A DNA stretch of 64,000 nt, taken from the NCBI GenBank assembly GCA_965205865.1, contig CBDBHR010000027.1, positions 64,001 to 128,000 of the forward strand, given 5' to 3'. The notes under the pieces were generated by a model, which saw nothing but the letters and a program-made list of their open reading frames with translations, was not told where the DNA came from and did not search any database. Position 1 is the stretch's first letter. Every line of letters starts with the position of its first letter. A program made the position numbers and the translations under genes. The DNA comes from a bacterium. Its GTDB lineage: Bacteria > SAR324 > NAC60-12. This document shows, in pieces, positions 20,128 to 31,007 of this stretch.

Positions 20128-21345
20128 TTGGCAAAACCCGAGAAAAAAACGGTTTTTACGGATTTTGAAAAAAAGAGCATCTATAGCTTGAGTTGCATCT
20201 TCTTTTTCAGAATGTTCGGACTTTTTCTGGTCATCCCCGTTTTCAGCCTGCTGGCTTTGGACTTGCAAGGAGCCACGCCTTTGCTGATTGGATTGGCGTT
20301 GGGAGCCTATGCGCTCACGCAGGCCTGTTTGCAGATTCCCTTTGGCATCTGGAGTGATCGAATTGGCAGAAAACCCGTGATTGCCTTGGGGCTCTGCCTG
20401 TTTATTCTGGGCAGTGCTATGGGAATATTCGTTGAAAACGTCTATTGGATGATAGTCGCGCGATTGCTACAGGGGGCTGGGGCAATCAGCAGCGCCGTGT
20501 TTGCCCTGATTGCCGATTTGACGCGCCCACAAGTCCGCACGCGGGCCAATGCGGGATTGGGAGTCAGTGTCGGTTTGGCCTTTGGGACCGCCTTTTTCAT
20601 CGCTCCATTTTTGGGAGGTTGGATGGGATTGAGCGGCATTTTCACTCTGATCACCATCATGGCCATCATCAGCCTGATTATTTTACTCTGTTGGGTGCCC
20701 ACACCCCGGCAGATGATTGCTTCGGAACCGACCTGGTCCATGATGCAGACGGTGCTGCGCACGCCCGTGCTTCTCAAAATTGATTTTGGCGCCTTCATCG
20801 CAACCATGGGATTGTCCGCCATATTTTTTATCTCCCCTCTCGTATTACACGAACATGGCTTTGCGAAAACAGATCTCTGGAAAGTTTATCTCCCCATGCT
20901 GCTGCTTGGAGGAGTGACCATGATCAGCGCAACGATTTATGCGGAAACCCGTAATCGCTACCGACAAGTGATGATGACGGGCGCCGGATTGTTATTGATT
21001 TCTTTTTTGCTCTCCTGGGCAGGAAAGGAATGGGACGGGGTGCCTCTTTATCTGGCAGCTTTGTTTTTGTTTTTCATGGGATTCAACGTCTTTGAACCGA
21101 TTTTTCCAAGTCTGTTGACGCGCATGACGACTCCCCAGACCAAAGGAACCGCCAGTGGCGTTTACAGCTTTTCTCATTTTATGGGCAATTTTGCAGGAGC
21201 TGTTTTAGCGGGATTGTGGTATCACGACCATCTTAACTGGCTCTTTTTATTGCTCATCGGTATGGCCACTTTCTTTTTTTACCTCCTCCTCACTTTTCCC
21301 AATCCTCAAAAAAAAGAAACTTCCTTTACGCCGGGCGCTCGGTGA
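20128..21345 (+). CDS. MFS transporter (YajR-like)
   Basis: QIPFGIWSDRIGRKPVI, RLLQGAGAI; about 12 hydrophobic segments. Confidence 0.9.
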   Translation: MAKPEKKTVFTDFEKKSIYSLSCIFFFRMFGLFLVIPVFSLLALDLQGATPLLIGLALGAYALTQACLQIPFGIWSDRIGRKPVIALGLCLFILGSAMGIFVENVYWMIVARLLQGAGAISSAVFALIADLTRPQVRTRANAGLGVSVGLAFGTAFFIAPFLGGWMGLSGIFTLITIMAIISLIILLCWVPTPRQMIASEPTWSMMQTVLRTPVLLKIDFGAFIATMGLSAIFFISPLVLHEHGFAKTDLWKVYLPMLLLGGVTMISATIYAETRNRYRQVMMTGAGLLLISFLLSWAGKEWDGVPLYLAALFLFFMGFNVFEPIFPSLLTRMTTPQTKGTASGVYSFSHFMGNFAGAVLAGLWYHDHLNWLFLLLIGMATFFFYLLLTFPNPQKKETSFTPGAR

Positions 21346-21914
21346 GAGTATTTTTGCATGGCCAAAGTAGAAATATTCCGTATCGGAACGGATATCCCGG
21401 GCGATGACCTCAAATATGTGTCCTTCAATTCCAGTCAATCGCTCCTGGAGTTTGTTGCAATCCAAGATGCGTTCGCAAGTAGGGTTGGTCTCCAGGTTGA
21501 GTTCATGCCACTCGCCGGAATGGGCATCCAAGTTCAGCTCAAATGTGACTTCGTTCGGACCGAAGGACCACTCCGCTTGAATACCTCCGCTTGTCATAGA
21601 TTCACGACGCTTTGGATGGCTCTCATCGCAATCCTGCTTGTGTTTTTTCAGGGTTTTTGTTAAATTCACAATACTCGAATGCTACTCAATAACTCAATTG
21701 TCAGAGATCCGATGAGAACCCATGGCACTTGTTATCCTGATAAAGAAACACCCTTTCCATCCGAGGACCTCCCGCGACGAGCTGGCTGAACAGCGCGAGC
21801 GCATGGCCAAGCTCGCAGGTTCGGTCGGAGGCTTCTTCGCCGGCCGCCGTGGCCTGCTTCCACGGCGCTGTTTGTCAACTGTCACGTCAAGTGTTTGAAA
21901 GAAAGAAGGAAACC

Positions 21915-22556
21915 ATGGGCTTCAATGTCGAAGGTCATCTCGGCGCCATAGAGCGCTCCCTGTCATCGCAGGAGCGGGATGGACAACCCGCTCGCGCGGT
22001 CACTCTTTCTCGCAGCTACGCGACGACGGTTGAGGACTTGTGGGACGCTGTAACGAACGGCGACCGTATTCCCCGCTGGTTTCTACCGGTCAGTGGCGAA
22101 CTCGAACTTGGCGGTCGCTATCAATTGGAAGACAACGCAGGTGGGGTGATCACGGCGTGCGAACGAGCATCGCATCTCTCGCTCACATGGGAGTTCGGCG
22201 AAGACTTGAGCTGGGTGGAGGTACGTTTCTCGGACGATGGAACCGGCCGCGCGCGCCTTACTCTCACGCACACAGCGCACCTTTCGGAACACTGGGGCGA
22301 GTACGGGCCGGGCGCGGTCGGCGTCGGCTGGGAGTTGGGTCTCTTGGGACTCGCGCTCCATCTAACGCAACCGACCGAGCCAAAGCCGGAGGAAACCGCT
22401 TTCGCCTCTTCACGGGACGGCAAGGCGTTCATCACGGGCAGCAGCGAGGGCTGGGGGCAAGCGGCGGTCGCGGTCGGAACGGACCCCGACGCCGCGCGTG
22501 CAGCGGCAAGGCGCACAACCATGTTCTACACTGGTGAATCAGCCGAGCCTGCCTGA
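21915..22556 (+). CDS. SRPBCC/AHSA1 domain protein
   Basis: DLWDAVTNGDRIPRWFLPVSGEL, GPGAVGVGWE; RBS AAGGA. Confidence 0.85.
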   Translation: MGFNVEGHLGAIERSLSSQERDGQPARAVTLSRSYATTVEDLWDAVTNGDRIPRWFLPVSGELELGGRYQLEDNAGGVITACERASHLSLTWEFGEDLSWVEVRFSDDGTGRARLTLTHTAHLSEHWGEYGPGAVGVGWELGLLGLALHLTQPTEPKPEETAFASSRDGKAFITGSSEGWGQAAVAVGTDPDAARAAARRTTMFYTGESAEPA

Positions 22557-22646
22557 TACGTACATTCGTTGCGCCCTAGAGGCTCCTGAAGGCGATTGAC
22601 GAGATCGGATTCCAGTCAAACCCCAGTTCGAGGTTCTCCTTAATGA

Positions 22647-22862
22647 ACCTGAGTTCGACATAAATCTTCAATAATATGAGTATCCTAGTGTATATGTCAT
22701 CCTCGCGAAAGCGGGGATCCGGATTTCAGTCTGGCTGCATACCTCCGGATTCCTGCTCCCTGCTTTCGCAGGGACAAGCTTCGCAGGAATGACAAGCTTT
22801 CTCTAAGATATGAAGATTCCATAACATATTGAATTTATTAAATTCTTATCTCGAACTCGGGT
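22647..22862 (+). mobile_element. MITE (IS982-like ends ACCTGAGTTCG...CGAACTCGGGT), 216 bp
   Basis: Terminal inverted repeats; flanking direct repeat TAATGA; four full copies in the window. Confidence 0.9.
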
Positions 22863-22890
22863 TAATGAGGTATCGTCGAGCCTCCCACCG

Positions 22891-23616
22891 TTATCTCAGA
22901 GTCCCGCCACGTAGAAACGCTTCTTTCTTTTCCAGATACAATGACTCCATCTTTTTATTTGCTTGCAACACCGTTGTCAGCTTTTTTTCCAGTTCAAGCA
23001 ATATACTCCCCGGGATCGAATAAAGAGATTGGGTATCCGGTATTTCAGTGAATGTTCTCATACCGGTACAACCGTTAGACAATGTCGATTGATTTTTCTT
23101 GAATGAAAAAGGGACAACTGCGCAACCCGGTCGTCCCAGGTTATTGGTTTGTGCCGCATTTATCCACGACGTATTCTCTGTAATCTCTTGCAACTGCATG
23201 ATTTGTTTAGCATTCAACCATAGAATAACGACTTCGGGCTCAAGAGGAAACAAGGACAAAGGCCCATAAACAATTCCTGCCATAGCATTTTCAAATTTGG
23301 GAATGAGGGGTACTTCTTCTTCTTTTAAGTAACCCACCTCGCACATTGTCGTCACTGTCCCCATTAAGTCTTGTTCTTGATCTTTTGATAGAGTGAATCC
23401 CATCACCATTGCTCCCACCGCGCATTGCATGTGCGCTTCCGCGCTGGCGTAAAAGACTCCTTTTTCAGCTTCTCTCCACATTGCGCAGGTTGAAGGTATT
23501 CGTCTTTCCAAATCAGGGATCTCTCGAGGACGACTATCAACTCTTTTGAGCGCAATTGGCGCTATATCTAAATTCAGTTCATCTTTCAGTATTCTTGAAA
23601 GGATATTGTAACTCAT
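22891..23616 (-). CDS. DUF169 family protein
   Basis: Cys-rich pattern TCAMW...CAVGA...RPGCA...GCTGMR. Confidence 0.75.
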   Translation of the reverse strand: MSYNILSRILKDELNLDIAPIALKRVDSRPREIPDLERRIPSTCAMWREAEKGVFYASAEAHMQCAVGAMVMGFTLSKDQEQDLMGTVTTMCEVGYLKEEEVPLIPKFENAMAGIVYGPLSLFPLEPEVVILWLNAKQIMQLQEITENTSWINAAQTNNLGRPGCAVVPFSFKKNQSTLSNGCTGMRTFTEIPDTQSLYSIPGSILLELEKKLTTVLQANKKMESLYLEKKEAFLRGGTLR

Positions 23617-24320
23617 AATTTTTCTCCAAATAGTTTAAAAGCCGTTTGGTAAAAAAATTGCTTGTTTACTAAATTTCCACTGCCATGGTCAAAGTTACCT
23701 TAGCGCACCGGCGAATTCTCCACCGCAGCCCGGTCAATGCCTCACAGGAAAATCAAAATTCAGGTGAGATGTTAGCAACTAAAGATATCAGTGTAAAGGA
23801 AAATACAAGAAGGACACGACCGCTTCCCCATTTACAGCCACAAGGCACTTGATTAAAATTCGGATTCGTAAAATCCGTTTATTGGGTTCAAAAGGCGACA
23901 GGCGTACCGGATTATAAGCGGACGACGAAAATAACCTCAGCCAAGCGTGTTATATAAACAAACGTATTCCAAGAGACAGAGTAGGATTTCCGGGAGCTCA
24001 GGAGGGAAAAAGATGCTGAGACGGACTTGACCCTGAGCCGAAAGGACTATATACGTGAACATCACCGTTTACGGCATGCTCGAGAACGGTCTGTCGAGAG
24101 CGTGAATCACAGAGGCGACCGAAGAAAAACGACATGAATGTCTTCAGCATACAGCCAAATGGCGCATTCAACGAATATGTCCGGACGCCCTTCCAAATAG
24201 ATCATAAAGAAACAGGCACGCTGCCTGACTCGATGAATTTTCCCCGGGCAGCAGTTCTCGCGCATTCCATTGAGCCATAGATGGAAACAGATATCACTGA
24301 CATCATCAGGAGAGACAGGT

Positions 24321-25892
24321 ATGGAAATCCCATTGACTCCCATGGAGTTTGCGCGACGGGCGCGCAGATTGTATTCTGACCGTGAAGCTGTCGTCGATGG
24401 AGAGCTACGACTTACATACGCGCAATTCTTCGAGCGGTGTGACCGTTGGTCATCGGCTTTGCAAGGGCTCGGCATCCAACAGGGGGAGCGGGTGGCCTAT
24501 ATTGCGCCGAACACCCATTCCCAACTCGAGTCATTCTACGCCGTACCACAGATAGGAGCGGTTCTCGTGCCGATCAATTATCGACTGACTGCCGATGACT
24601 TCGCCTTCATTATCAATCACAGCGGGGCGCGCATTGTCTGCGCCCACAGTGATTATCTCGATATGGTGACCGGCATTCGCGATCAATTGCCGACTGTCGA
24701 ACATTTTGTCGCTTTGGAAGCTTCGCGGGAGGGCTGGCTGGATTATGAAACCACGCTTGCCGCCGCCACTGACGACTTCGCGCGTCCGCATATCGAGGAA
24801 AACGACCTCATCACCATCAACTACACCAGCGGTACCACGGCGCGTCCCAAAGGGGTGATGGTGACCCATCGCAATGCTTATATGAACGTGGTGGGCACGC
24901 TCGCGCATCACCCGCTCACCCTGGAAGATCGTTACCTGTGGACGCTGCCCATGTTCCATGCCAATGGTTGGACCTTTGTATGGATCGTAATCGCGCGTGG
25001 CGCCGCGAATATTTGTTTGCGCAAAGTGGAGCCGGGCGCCATTTTTGAGCTGATGGAACGCGAAAACGTCAATATGTTCTGCGCGGCGCCAACCGTGCTC
25101 ATTGGGATCGCCAATGCTCCTGAAGAACTGCGCCGCGCAACGCGGCGAAAAGTGCGTTTGTTTACGGCAGGCGCGCCACCCGCCGCTGCTACCATCGAAC
25201 GCATCGAGGGTGAATTGGGTTGGCAATTGACGCATGCGTATGGGCTCACGGAGACGGCGCCGTTCATCACGATTTGTGAAGAACGTCCCGAACACGCGAA
25301 ACTCTCACCGCAAGAACGGGCAGTCGTCAAAGCGCGACAAGGGGTGGAACTTCTCACCTCAGGCGAACTGATCGTCATGGATGAAGAAGGAAAAGAAGTG
25401 CCCCATGATGGAAAAACGATGGGCGAGATCACCGTCCGTGGCAACGTCGTCATGAAGGGTTACTTCGATGACCCCGAAGCAACTGCTGCGGCGATACGTG
25501 ATGGCTGGTTCCATTCCGGGGATGTCGCCGTCGTTCATGCGGATGGCTACGTCGAGATTCGCGACCGGATCAAGGACGTCATCATCAGTGGTGGTGAGAA
25601 CATCTCCTCAGTGGAAGTGGAAGGCCTGCTCTTACGCCACCCTGCTGTCCAGGAAGTGGCCATTGTGGGCATTCCGCATGAGAAATGGGGGGAAGCGCCC
25701 CATGCTTTCGTCCTGCTCCGTGCAGGTACGACAGCGAGCGAAGACGAACTGAAACAGTTTGTGCGCGAGCGCCTCGCGCATTTCAAAACGCCGCAACGGA
25801 TTTCGTTTGTCGAAGAGTTGCCCAAGACGGCAACGGGGAAAGTCCAAAAATATGTCTTGCGTGGCAAACGCGCTGCCATTGCCAGGCAGTAG
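24321..25892 (+). CDS. Acyl-CoA synthetase (long-chain fatty acid--CoA ligase family)
   Basis: YTSGTTARPKGV, YGLTE, WFHSGD, ISGGENISS, LPKTATGKVQK. Confidence 0.93.
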   Translation: MEIPLTPMEFARRARRLYSDREAVVDGELRLTYAQFFERCDRWSSALQGLGIQQGERVAYIAPNTHSQLESFYAVPQIGAVLVPINYRLTADDFAFIINHSGARIVCAHSDYLDMVTGIRDQLPTVEHFVALEASREGWLDYETTLAAATDDFARPHIEENDLITINYTSGTTARPKGVMVTHRNAYMNVVGTLAHHPLTLEDRYLWTLPMFHANGWTFVWIVIARGAANICLRKVEPGAIFELMERENVNMFCAAPTVLIGIANAPEELRRATRRKVRLFTAGAPPAAATIERIEGELGWQLTHAYGLTETAPFITICEERPEHAKLSPQERAVVKARQGVELLTSGELIVMDEEGKEVPHDGKTMGEITVRGNVVMKGYFDDPEATAAAIRDGWFHSGDVAVVHADGYVEIRDRIKDVIISGGENISSVEVEGLLLRHPAVQEVAIVGIPHEKWGEAPHAFVLLRAGTTASEDELKQFVRERLAHFKTPQRISFVEELPKTATGKVQKYVLRGKRAAIARQ

Positions 25893-26064
25893 ATAGTCCA
25901 TGAATTCATGCCGGTCCACATCGTCTGCTCCATCGCGGAAGCTTTCAAGACTCGGCTTTGCGCAGTTCTCCGCATTTTATCTCCCCCTCGATGTGAGGGA
26001 ACCGGGGGAGGTTGTTTTCGACGAATTTCCCGCTCCCGGTGACCCCCTCCCCTGGCCCCTCCCT

Positions 26065-26255
26065 CTGGAATGATAAAGGGGAGGGGAATTCTTTTGGGAT
26101 TGCAAGAGACTGGAATGATAAAGGGGAGGGGAATTCTTTTGGGATTGCAAGAGACTGGAATGATAAAGGGGAGGGGAATTCTTTTGGGATTGCAAGAGAC
26201 TGGAATGATAAAGGGGAGGGGAATTCTTTTGGGATTGCAAGTGATTGGAATGATG
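26065..26255. repeat. 45-bp tandem repeat, 4 copies plus a partial
   Basis: Unit CTGGAATGATAAAGGGGAGGGGAATTCTTTTGGGATTGCAAGAGA at 26065, 26110, 26155, 26200. Confidence 0.95.
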
Positions 26256-26287
26256 AAGGAAAGAGGATTGCTACCGCAGTGTTTGGA

Positions 26288-27142
26288 TCAGTCAGGCGTG
26301 ATGCCTCTCAGTCGTTCATTCCGGTGACGAAGCCATTCCAGGGTGACCAGGAGAATAATGGAAAAGAAGATCAGCATGGTCGCGACGGCTAAAATGGTGG
26401 GGCTGATCTGTTCCCGGATCCCGGAGAACATCTGCCAGGGAATGGTGCGCTGTCTGAAACTTCCGACAAAGAGCACCACGACCACTTCATCAAAGGAGGT
26501 GATGAACGCAAAGAGCGTTCCGGAGATGATCCCGGGGGCGATCAAAGGGACGGTGATCTTAAGGAAAGCGCGAAGGGGTGAGGCTCCCAGACTGGCTGCG
26601 GCACGAATCAAAGTAGAATCGAATCCTACCAGCGTCGCGGTCACCACGATCACCACGAAAGGTGTAGAGAGGACCGCATGCGCTAAAATGACTCCGACGT
26701 GCGTGCCCTGCAAATGGATTCGAGAGTAGAAAAAGAACATCCCTGCTGCAGTGATGATCAGTGGAACAATCATCGGTGAGATCAAAATCCCCATCACCAG
26801 CGTACGGAAGGGAAATCGGGGATGACTCAACCCCAAAGCGGCAAGCGTTCCCAACACCGTGGCGATCAGGGTGGAAAAGAGAGCAATGATAAAACTGTTT
26901 TTAACCGATCCCAGCCAGTTCGGGTTTGTAAAGAAATCCTCATACCAGCGTAGCGAATACCCTTGCGGATCCAGAGTCAACATCTCTGACGTGAACGAAA
27001 AATATGGGATCGCATTGAAGGACAGCGGCACAATGACGAAAATCGGGAAAATCAGGAATAATAAAATACACGCGCAAAACAGGCGGAAGAGATAATACCA
27101 GATTCTTTCACTCAAGCTGAGATAACCAGGAAATCCCGACAT
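26288..27142 (-). CDS. Polyamine-type ABC permease (PotC-like)
   Basis: RAAASLGA EAA loop, FITSFDEVVV. Confidence 0.9.
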   Translation of the reverse strand: MSGFPGYLSLSERIWYYLFRLFCACILLFLIFPIFVIVPLSFNAIPYFSFTSEMLTLDPQGYSLRWYEDFFTNPNWLGSVKNSFIIALFSTLIATVLGTLAALGLSHPRFPFRTLVMGILISPMIVPLIITAAGMFFFYSRIHLQGTHVGVILAHAVLSTPFVVIVVTATLVGFDSTLIRAAASLGASPLRAFLKITVPLIAPGIISGTLFAFITSFDEVVVVLFVGSFRQRTIPWQMFSGIREQISPTILAVATMLIFFSIILLVTLEWLRHRNERLRGITPD

Positions 27143-27144
27143 GA

Positions 27145-28491
27145 TCAACCCAATTTGATGTTGGCAATGCCTACGACTTTATCGTAAAGCAAATAAAGCG
27201 CTAGTATCAACAACAGCAGAATCGTCCCCAGGGCGGCCGCCAGACCCCAATTCAGGGAAGTCGAAATGTGATAGGCGATCAAATTGCTGATAAAGGTGCC
27301 ACCGGTCCCCCCTACCAGGGCAGGCGTGATATAATAGCCGATGGCAAGAATGAACACCAGAAGCCCGCCTGCGCCGATTCCGGGAACCGTGTTGGGCAGA
27401 TATATTCTGCGAAATGCCGTGAATGGCGTTGCGCCCAGAGAACTAGCGGCACGCATATAATCGGGGGGAATGGTTTTCATGACGCTGAAAAGGGGTAAAA
27501 CCATGAAGGGAAGCAGGATGTGGGTCATGGCAATCACGGTACCGGTGGCGTTATAGATCATCGAAAGCCTGTTTGCATCGTCAAGGATATTGAGAGCGAC
27601 CAGAAAATCATTGATGACCCCTTCTTTTTGCAACAAGGCAATCCAGGCGCTGGTGCGAACCAGCAGGGAGGTCCAGAAAGGCAGGAGCACCAGGATCATC
27701 AGCAAGTTGCTGATTCGGGTCGGCAAGGACGCCAGCAAAAAAGCAAGAGGGTATCCCAGCAGGAGGGTCATCACGGTAATCAACAAACTGAGTAGGAGCG
27801 TCTTGCCGAACAACTCGACATAGATCCGTTCCGTCTCGGGTTTCGGAACGATCTGGCCTCTGTTATTATTCTCGACGTCGAAAGCGGCCAGATAATAAGA
27901 AGCGGTATGGATTCCGCTTTCGCGTTTCAACACCTGCCAGAATTTGATCTGCTCCCACCGTTTGTCGATCCTTACCATTTCCTCACGAAACGAAGTGACC
28001 TCGTCGAATTCGAGATTCTTTACGCTGCGAGCGCTTTTTCTGAACAAACTGGAGAACCCGGCGTGCTCGTAATTGAGTCGTTTGCCGGCCCGGTTGATGG
28101 TTTTTGTTTCCGCCCCTTGACGGATATCGGTTGCCAGAGCGGCGAATACAATTTCATTGGGGAGTTCACCGCTCCGTTCATCCCAGTCCGCAAGCCGTTG
28201 CACGGTTCGGGGAAGCTCTGAGGGAATGATTTCATTATTGACGCTGCGCAACAGCATATCACTGATGGGGAGCAGAAAGGTGAGCACGATGAAAAGGAAA
28301 AGGGGAGCCACCAACGACAAGGCCACCATTTTCTGGCGGCGCAACGTGCGCCGCAAACTGATCTTCAATGGCACCCCGTCGGCGGTAGTCAACGGAATCC
28401 CCCTCCCCTGGAGGGAGGGTCCGGGGGAGGGGGAAATGGGGAATTTCGAATCATTTCGAGTCATATTGCCGGCGACCTTCTCGTTGCTCAA
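27145..28491 (-). CDS. Polyamine-type ABC permease (PotB-like) with a large periplasmic loop
   Basis: LPFWTSLLVRT, RAASSLGA, GYYITPALVGG. Confidence 0.9.
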   Translation of the reverse strand: MSNEKVAGNMTRNDSKFPISPSPGPSLQGRGIPLTTADGVPLKISLRRTLRRQKMVALSLVAPLFLFIVLTFLLPISDMLLRSVNNEIIPSELPRTVQRLADWDERSGELPNEIVFAALATDIRQGAETKTINRAGKRLNYEHAGFSSLFRKSARSVKNLEFDEVTSFREEMVRIDKRWEQIKFWQVLKRESGIHTASYYLAAFDVENNNRGQIVPKPETERIYVELFGKTLLLSLLITVMTLLLGYPLAFLLASLPTRISNLLMILVLLPFWTSLLVRTSAWIALLQKEGVINDFLVALNILDDANRLSMIYNATGTVIAMTHILLPFMVLPLFSVMKTIPPDYMRAASSLGATPFTAFRRIYLPNTVPGIGAGGLLVFILAIGYYITPALVGGTGGTFISNLIAYHISTSLNWGLAAALGTILLLLILALYLLYDKVVGIANIKLG

Positions 28492-28494
28492 CGA

Positions 28495-29589
28495 TTACTC
28501 TGCCAGCCAGGCTTGGAAGCGTTCGTTCATATCATCCCGATTATCCGCCCACCATTCATAGTTGAACAGCAAAGTATTTTTGGAATTTGCAGGAGCGGTC
28601 GGCATGTGCGGTGCCATATCGATACCTAATTCTGCATGCTTGCCGATCAAAGGTGCGGAAGACGCGCGGGCCGGACCATAGGATATATACTTGGCCTGAT
28701 CCGCCAGACGTTGCGTGTCGGTTGCGAATTTGACGAACTTCAAGACTTCCTCCTTGTTTTTCGTTCCTTTGGGAACAACCCAGCCGTCCAGATCGAAGAC
28801 CTGCCAATCCCACATCATGCCAATGGGTTGTTTTTCTGTTTCGATCGCATCGAATAAACGGCCATTGAATGCGGAAGCGATCACCACTTCGCCGTCCGCC
28901 AGCAATTGAACCGGTTGTGATCCTTGGGTCCACCAGACCACTTCGGACTTGATCGTGTCCAGTTTGCGGAAAGCCCGTTCGACGCCTTCGGAGGTACTCA
29001 GGACCTCGTAGACTTGATCCACCGGGACGCCATCGGCCAGCAAGGCCCACTCCAGATTGCCGATCGGTCTTTTCTCCAGGGAGCGTTTGCCGGGGATTTT
29101 TTCCAGATCGAAGACGTCGTTGATGGTGGTCGGCGCCGTCTCGACTTTGTCCGTACGATAACCAAAGGTCGTCGAATAAACGATCTGCGGGATAAAACAA
29201 GGACTGACGATCATTTCCCCGAAATCCTGCGACGCCGGGGTACCATCCGGGGCAGCGGCCAATTGCGCGTCATGGTCGATTTCTTCGACGACGCCCTCAT
29301 CGCAGAGGGAAATGGTATCCGCTGCCGTCGAGTCGAGCAGATCCCAGGTGACGTTTCCGGCTTCGACCTGAGCGCGCAGCTTGGCTGCGCCTTCCGCGGC
29401 AGAATCGTCATTGACGATCTTGATCTCCGGGTTTGCTTGCATGTAGGGATCATGATAAGCCTTCTGTTGACTGGCACTATATGCGCCTCCCCAGGAGACG
29501 ATGACCAACGTTGTTTCTGCCGACGCGATTCCGCTCCACCAGGTCAGTGCCGTGATGATAAACATGGTTCGTTTTAAATATTTTTTCAT
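28495..29589 (-). CDS. Polyamine-type ABC substrate-binding protein (PotD-like)
   Basis: Signal peptide, SWGGAY, LEWALLADGV. Confidence 0.9.
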   Translation of the reverse strand: MKKYLKRTMFIITALTWWSGIASAETTLVIVSWGGAYSASQQKAYHDPYMQANPEIKIVNDDSAAEGAAKLRAQVEAGNVTWDLLDSTAADTISLCDEGVVEEIDHDAQLAAAPDGTPASQDFGEMIVSPCFIPQIVYSTTFGYRTDKVETAPTTINDVFDLEKIPGKRSLEKRPIGNLEWALLADGVPVDQVYEVLSTSEGVERAFRKLDTIKSEVVWWTQGSQPVQLLADGEVVIASAFNGRLFDAIETEKQPIGMMWDWQVFDLDGWVVPKGTKNKEEVLKFVKFATDTQRLADQAKYISYGPARASSAPLIGKHAELGIDMAPHMPTAPANSKNTLLFNYEWWADNRDDMNERFQAWLAE

Positions 29590-29693
29590 CTCTACTCCTT
29601 TATTTTTTATTGACGTATGCATTGAAAATTCATTTTACGAAATGCAGCGGCGTCCCTTGCGGGAGTCTTTCTGCAAGTTGCTCATGAATCGAA

Positions 29694-30791
29694 TCAATCG
29701 GAGGGATCCAGGGCGCGACAATCCTCCACGTGCCACCCGATTCTGATGCTTTCTCCGCTTTGCGGCCGGGCGCGAGTGGAAGAATTGGGAATTTTTACGA
29801 TAAAGTCATCGTATCCGCAAACCCTGATACGAGTGCGGATATGATCCCCCTGGTAGACCAGTTCTTCTACCGTGGCATCAAAGATATTGGCAAGACTCCC
29901 GCATTCCGGACCGACTATCACCCGTTCCGGTCGCAACGAGAGGGTCGCGCGTTTGCCCACTCCGTCGATATTGATCGTTTTGGCCTTCACCACGCCCTGC
30001 CCCCCATCTATTTCGACCCAACACTGGTCAGCATCCGTTTTCCGCACCGTACCCGAAAGACGATTGTTTTCACCAATGAAATTGGCGACAAAAGCGTTTT
30101 CGGGACGCTCATAGAGGACTTCCGGGGAGGCTAATTGCTGGACAACCCCTGCGTCGAATACCGCGACTCGATTCGACAGTGTCAGCGCCTCACTCTGGTC
30201 ATGCGTCACATAAACGACGGTTATGCCCAGGCTGTCGTGGATGTGTTTGATCTCATATTGCATCTGCTCTCGCAAGTTCTTATCCAGAGCTCCCAATGGT
30301 TCGTCCATCAAGACGAGTTCGGGATCGAATACCAGGGCTCGCGCCACGGCGATCCGTTGTTTCTGACCCCCGGAAAGCTGTCCCGGCCGTCGGTCCCCGA
30401 AACCTGCAAGCCTTACCATCTCGAGCGCGCGATTGATCCGTTGCTCCCGTTCAGGCTTGGGTATCTTGCGGACTTCCAGGGGAAATGCCAGATTCTCGGC
30501 AACCGTCATGTGAGGAAAAAGAGCATAATTTTGAAAGACCATCCCCATACTACGTTTATGCGGGGGAATGTGGTTGATGAGCCGCTCCGCCAGATAGATT
30601 TCGCCATGAGTTGCCGGTTCGAAACCGGCAAGCATCATCAGGCAGGTGGTTTTCCCCGACCCGGAGGGTCCGAGCATGGTGAGAAATTCACCACGCGCGA
30701 CGTCCATATTGAGGCTTTTGATAACGAGAGACTCGCCGTCATAGCTTTTTTGCACGTCTACAAATCGCACCAGGGGGTTACTTCCACTCAT
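29694..30791 (-). CDS. Polyamine-type ABC ATPase (PotA-like)
   Basis: GPSGSGKT, LSGGQKQR, DEPLGALD, TOBE C-terminus. Confidence 0.92.
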   Translation of the reverse strand: MSGSNPLVRFVDVQKSYDGESLVIKSLNMDVARGEFLTMLGPSGSGKTTCLMMLAGFEPATHGEIYLAERLINHIPPHKRSMGMVFQNYALFPHMTVAENLAFPLEVRKIPKPEREQRINRALEMVRLAGFGDRRPGQLSGGQKQRIAVARALVFDPELVLMDEPLGALDKNLREQMQYEIKHIHDSLGITVVYVTHDQSEALTLSNRVAVFDAGVVQQLASPEVLYERPENAFVANFIGENNRLSGTVRKTDADQCWVEIDGGQGVVKAKTINIDGVGKRATLSLRPERVIVGPECGSLANIFDATVEELVYQGDHIRTRIRVCGYDDFIVKIPNSSTRARPQSGESIRIGWHVEDCRALDPSD

Positions 30792-31007
30792 AATGATCGA
30801 CGAAATCCGGTTGAATGCGCCATCTAGTCAACGACAATGTTCCGCCTTGACTGCTACTTGGCGATTATTTTGTAAAAAGTAACAATAATTTCCAGTAGAA
30901 TACAAATATTATCAAAAAAGAAACGTGAATACAATAACAATTCCGTTGCTAAGAGACTTCCGAGAGCAACTCGTAGTGCGGAGATTTCATCTTGCAAAGG
31001 AGAAAAA

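Noticed and set aside
21247-21669. Hypothetical ORFs on both strands
   Set aside because: The minus-strand segment GGIQAEWS...GEWHELNL may be a gene remnant, but it overlaps the MFS end and no start or family can be supported.
26065-26255. Possible CRISPR array
   Set aside because: Units are contiguous and essentially identical, with no unique spacers, and no cas genes are present.
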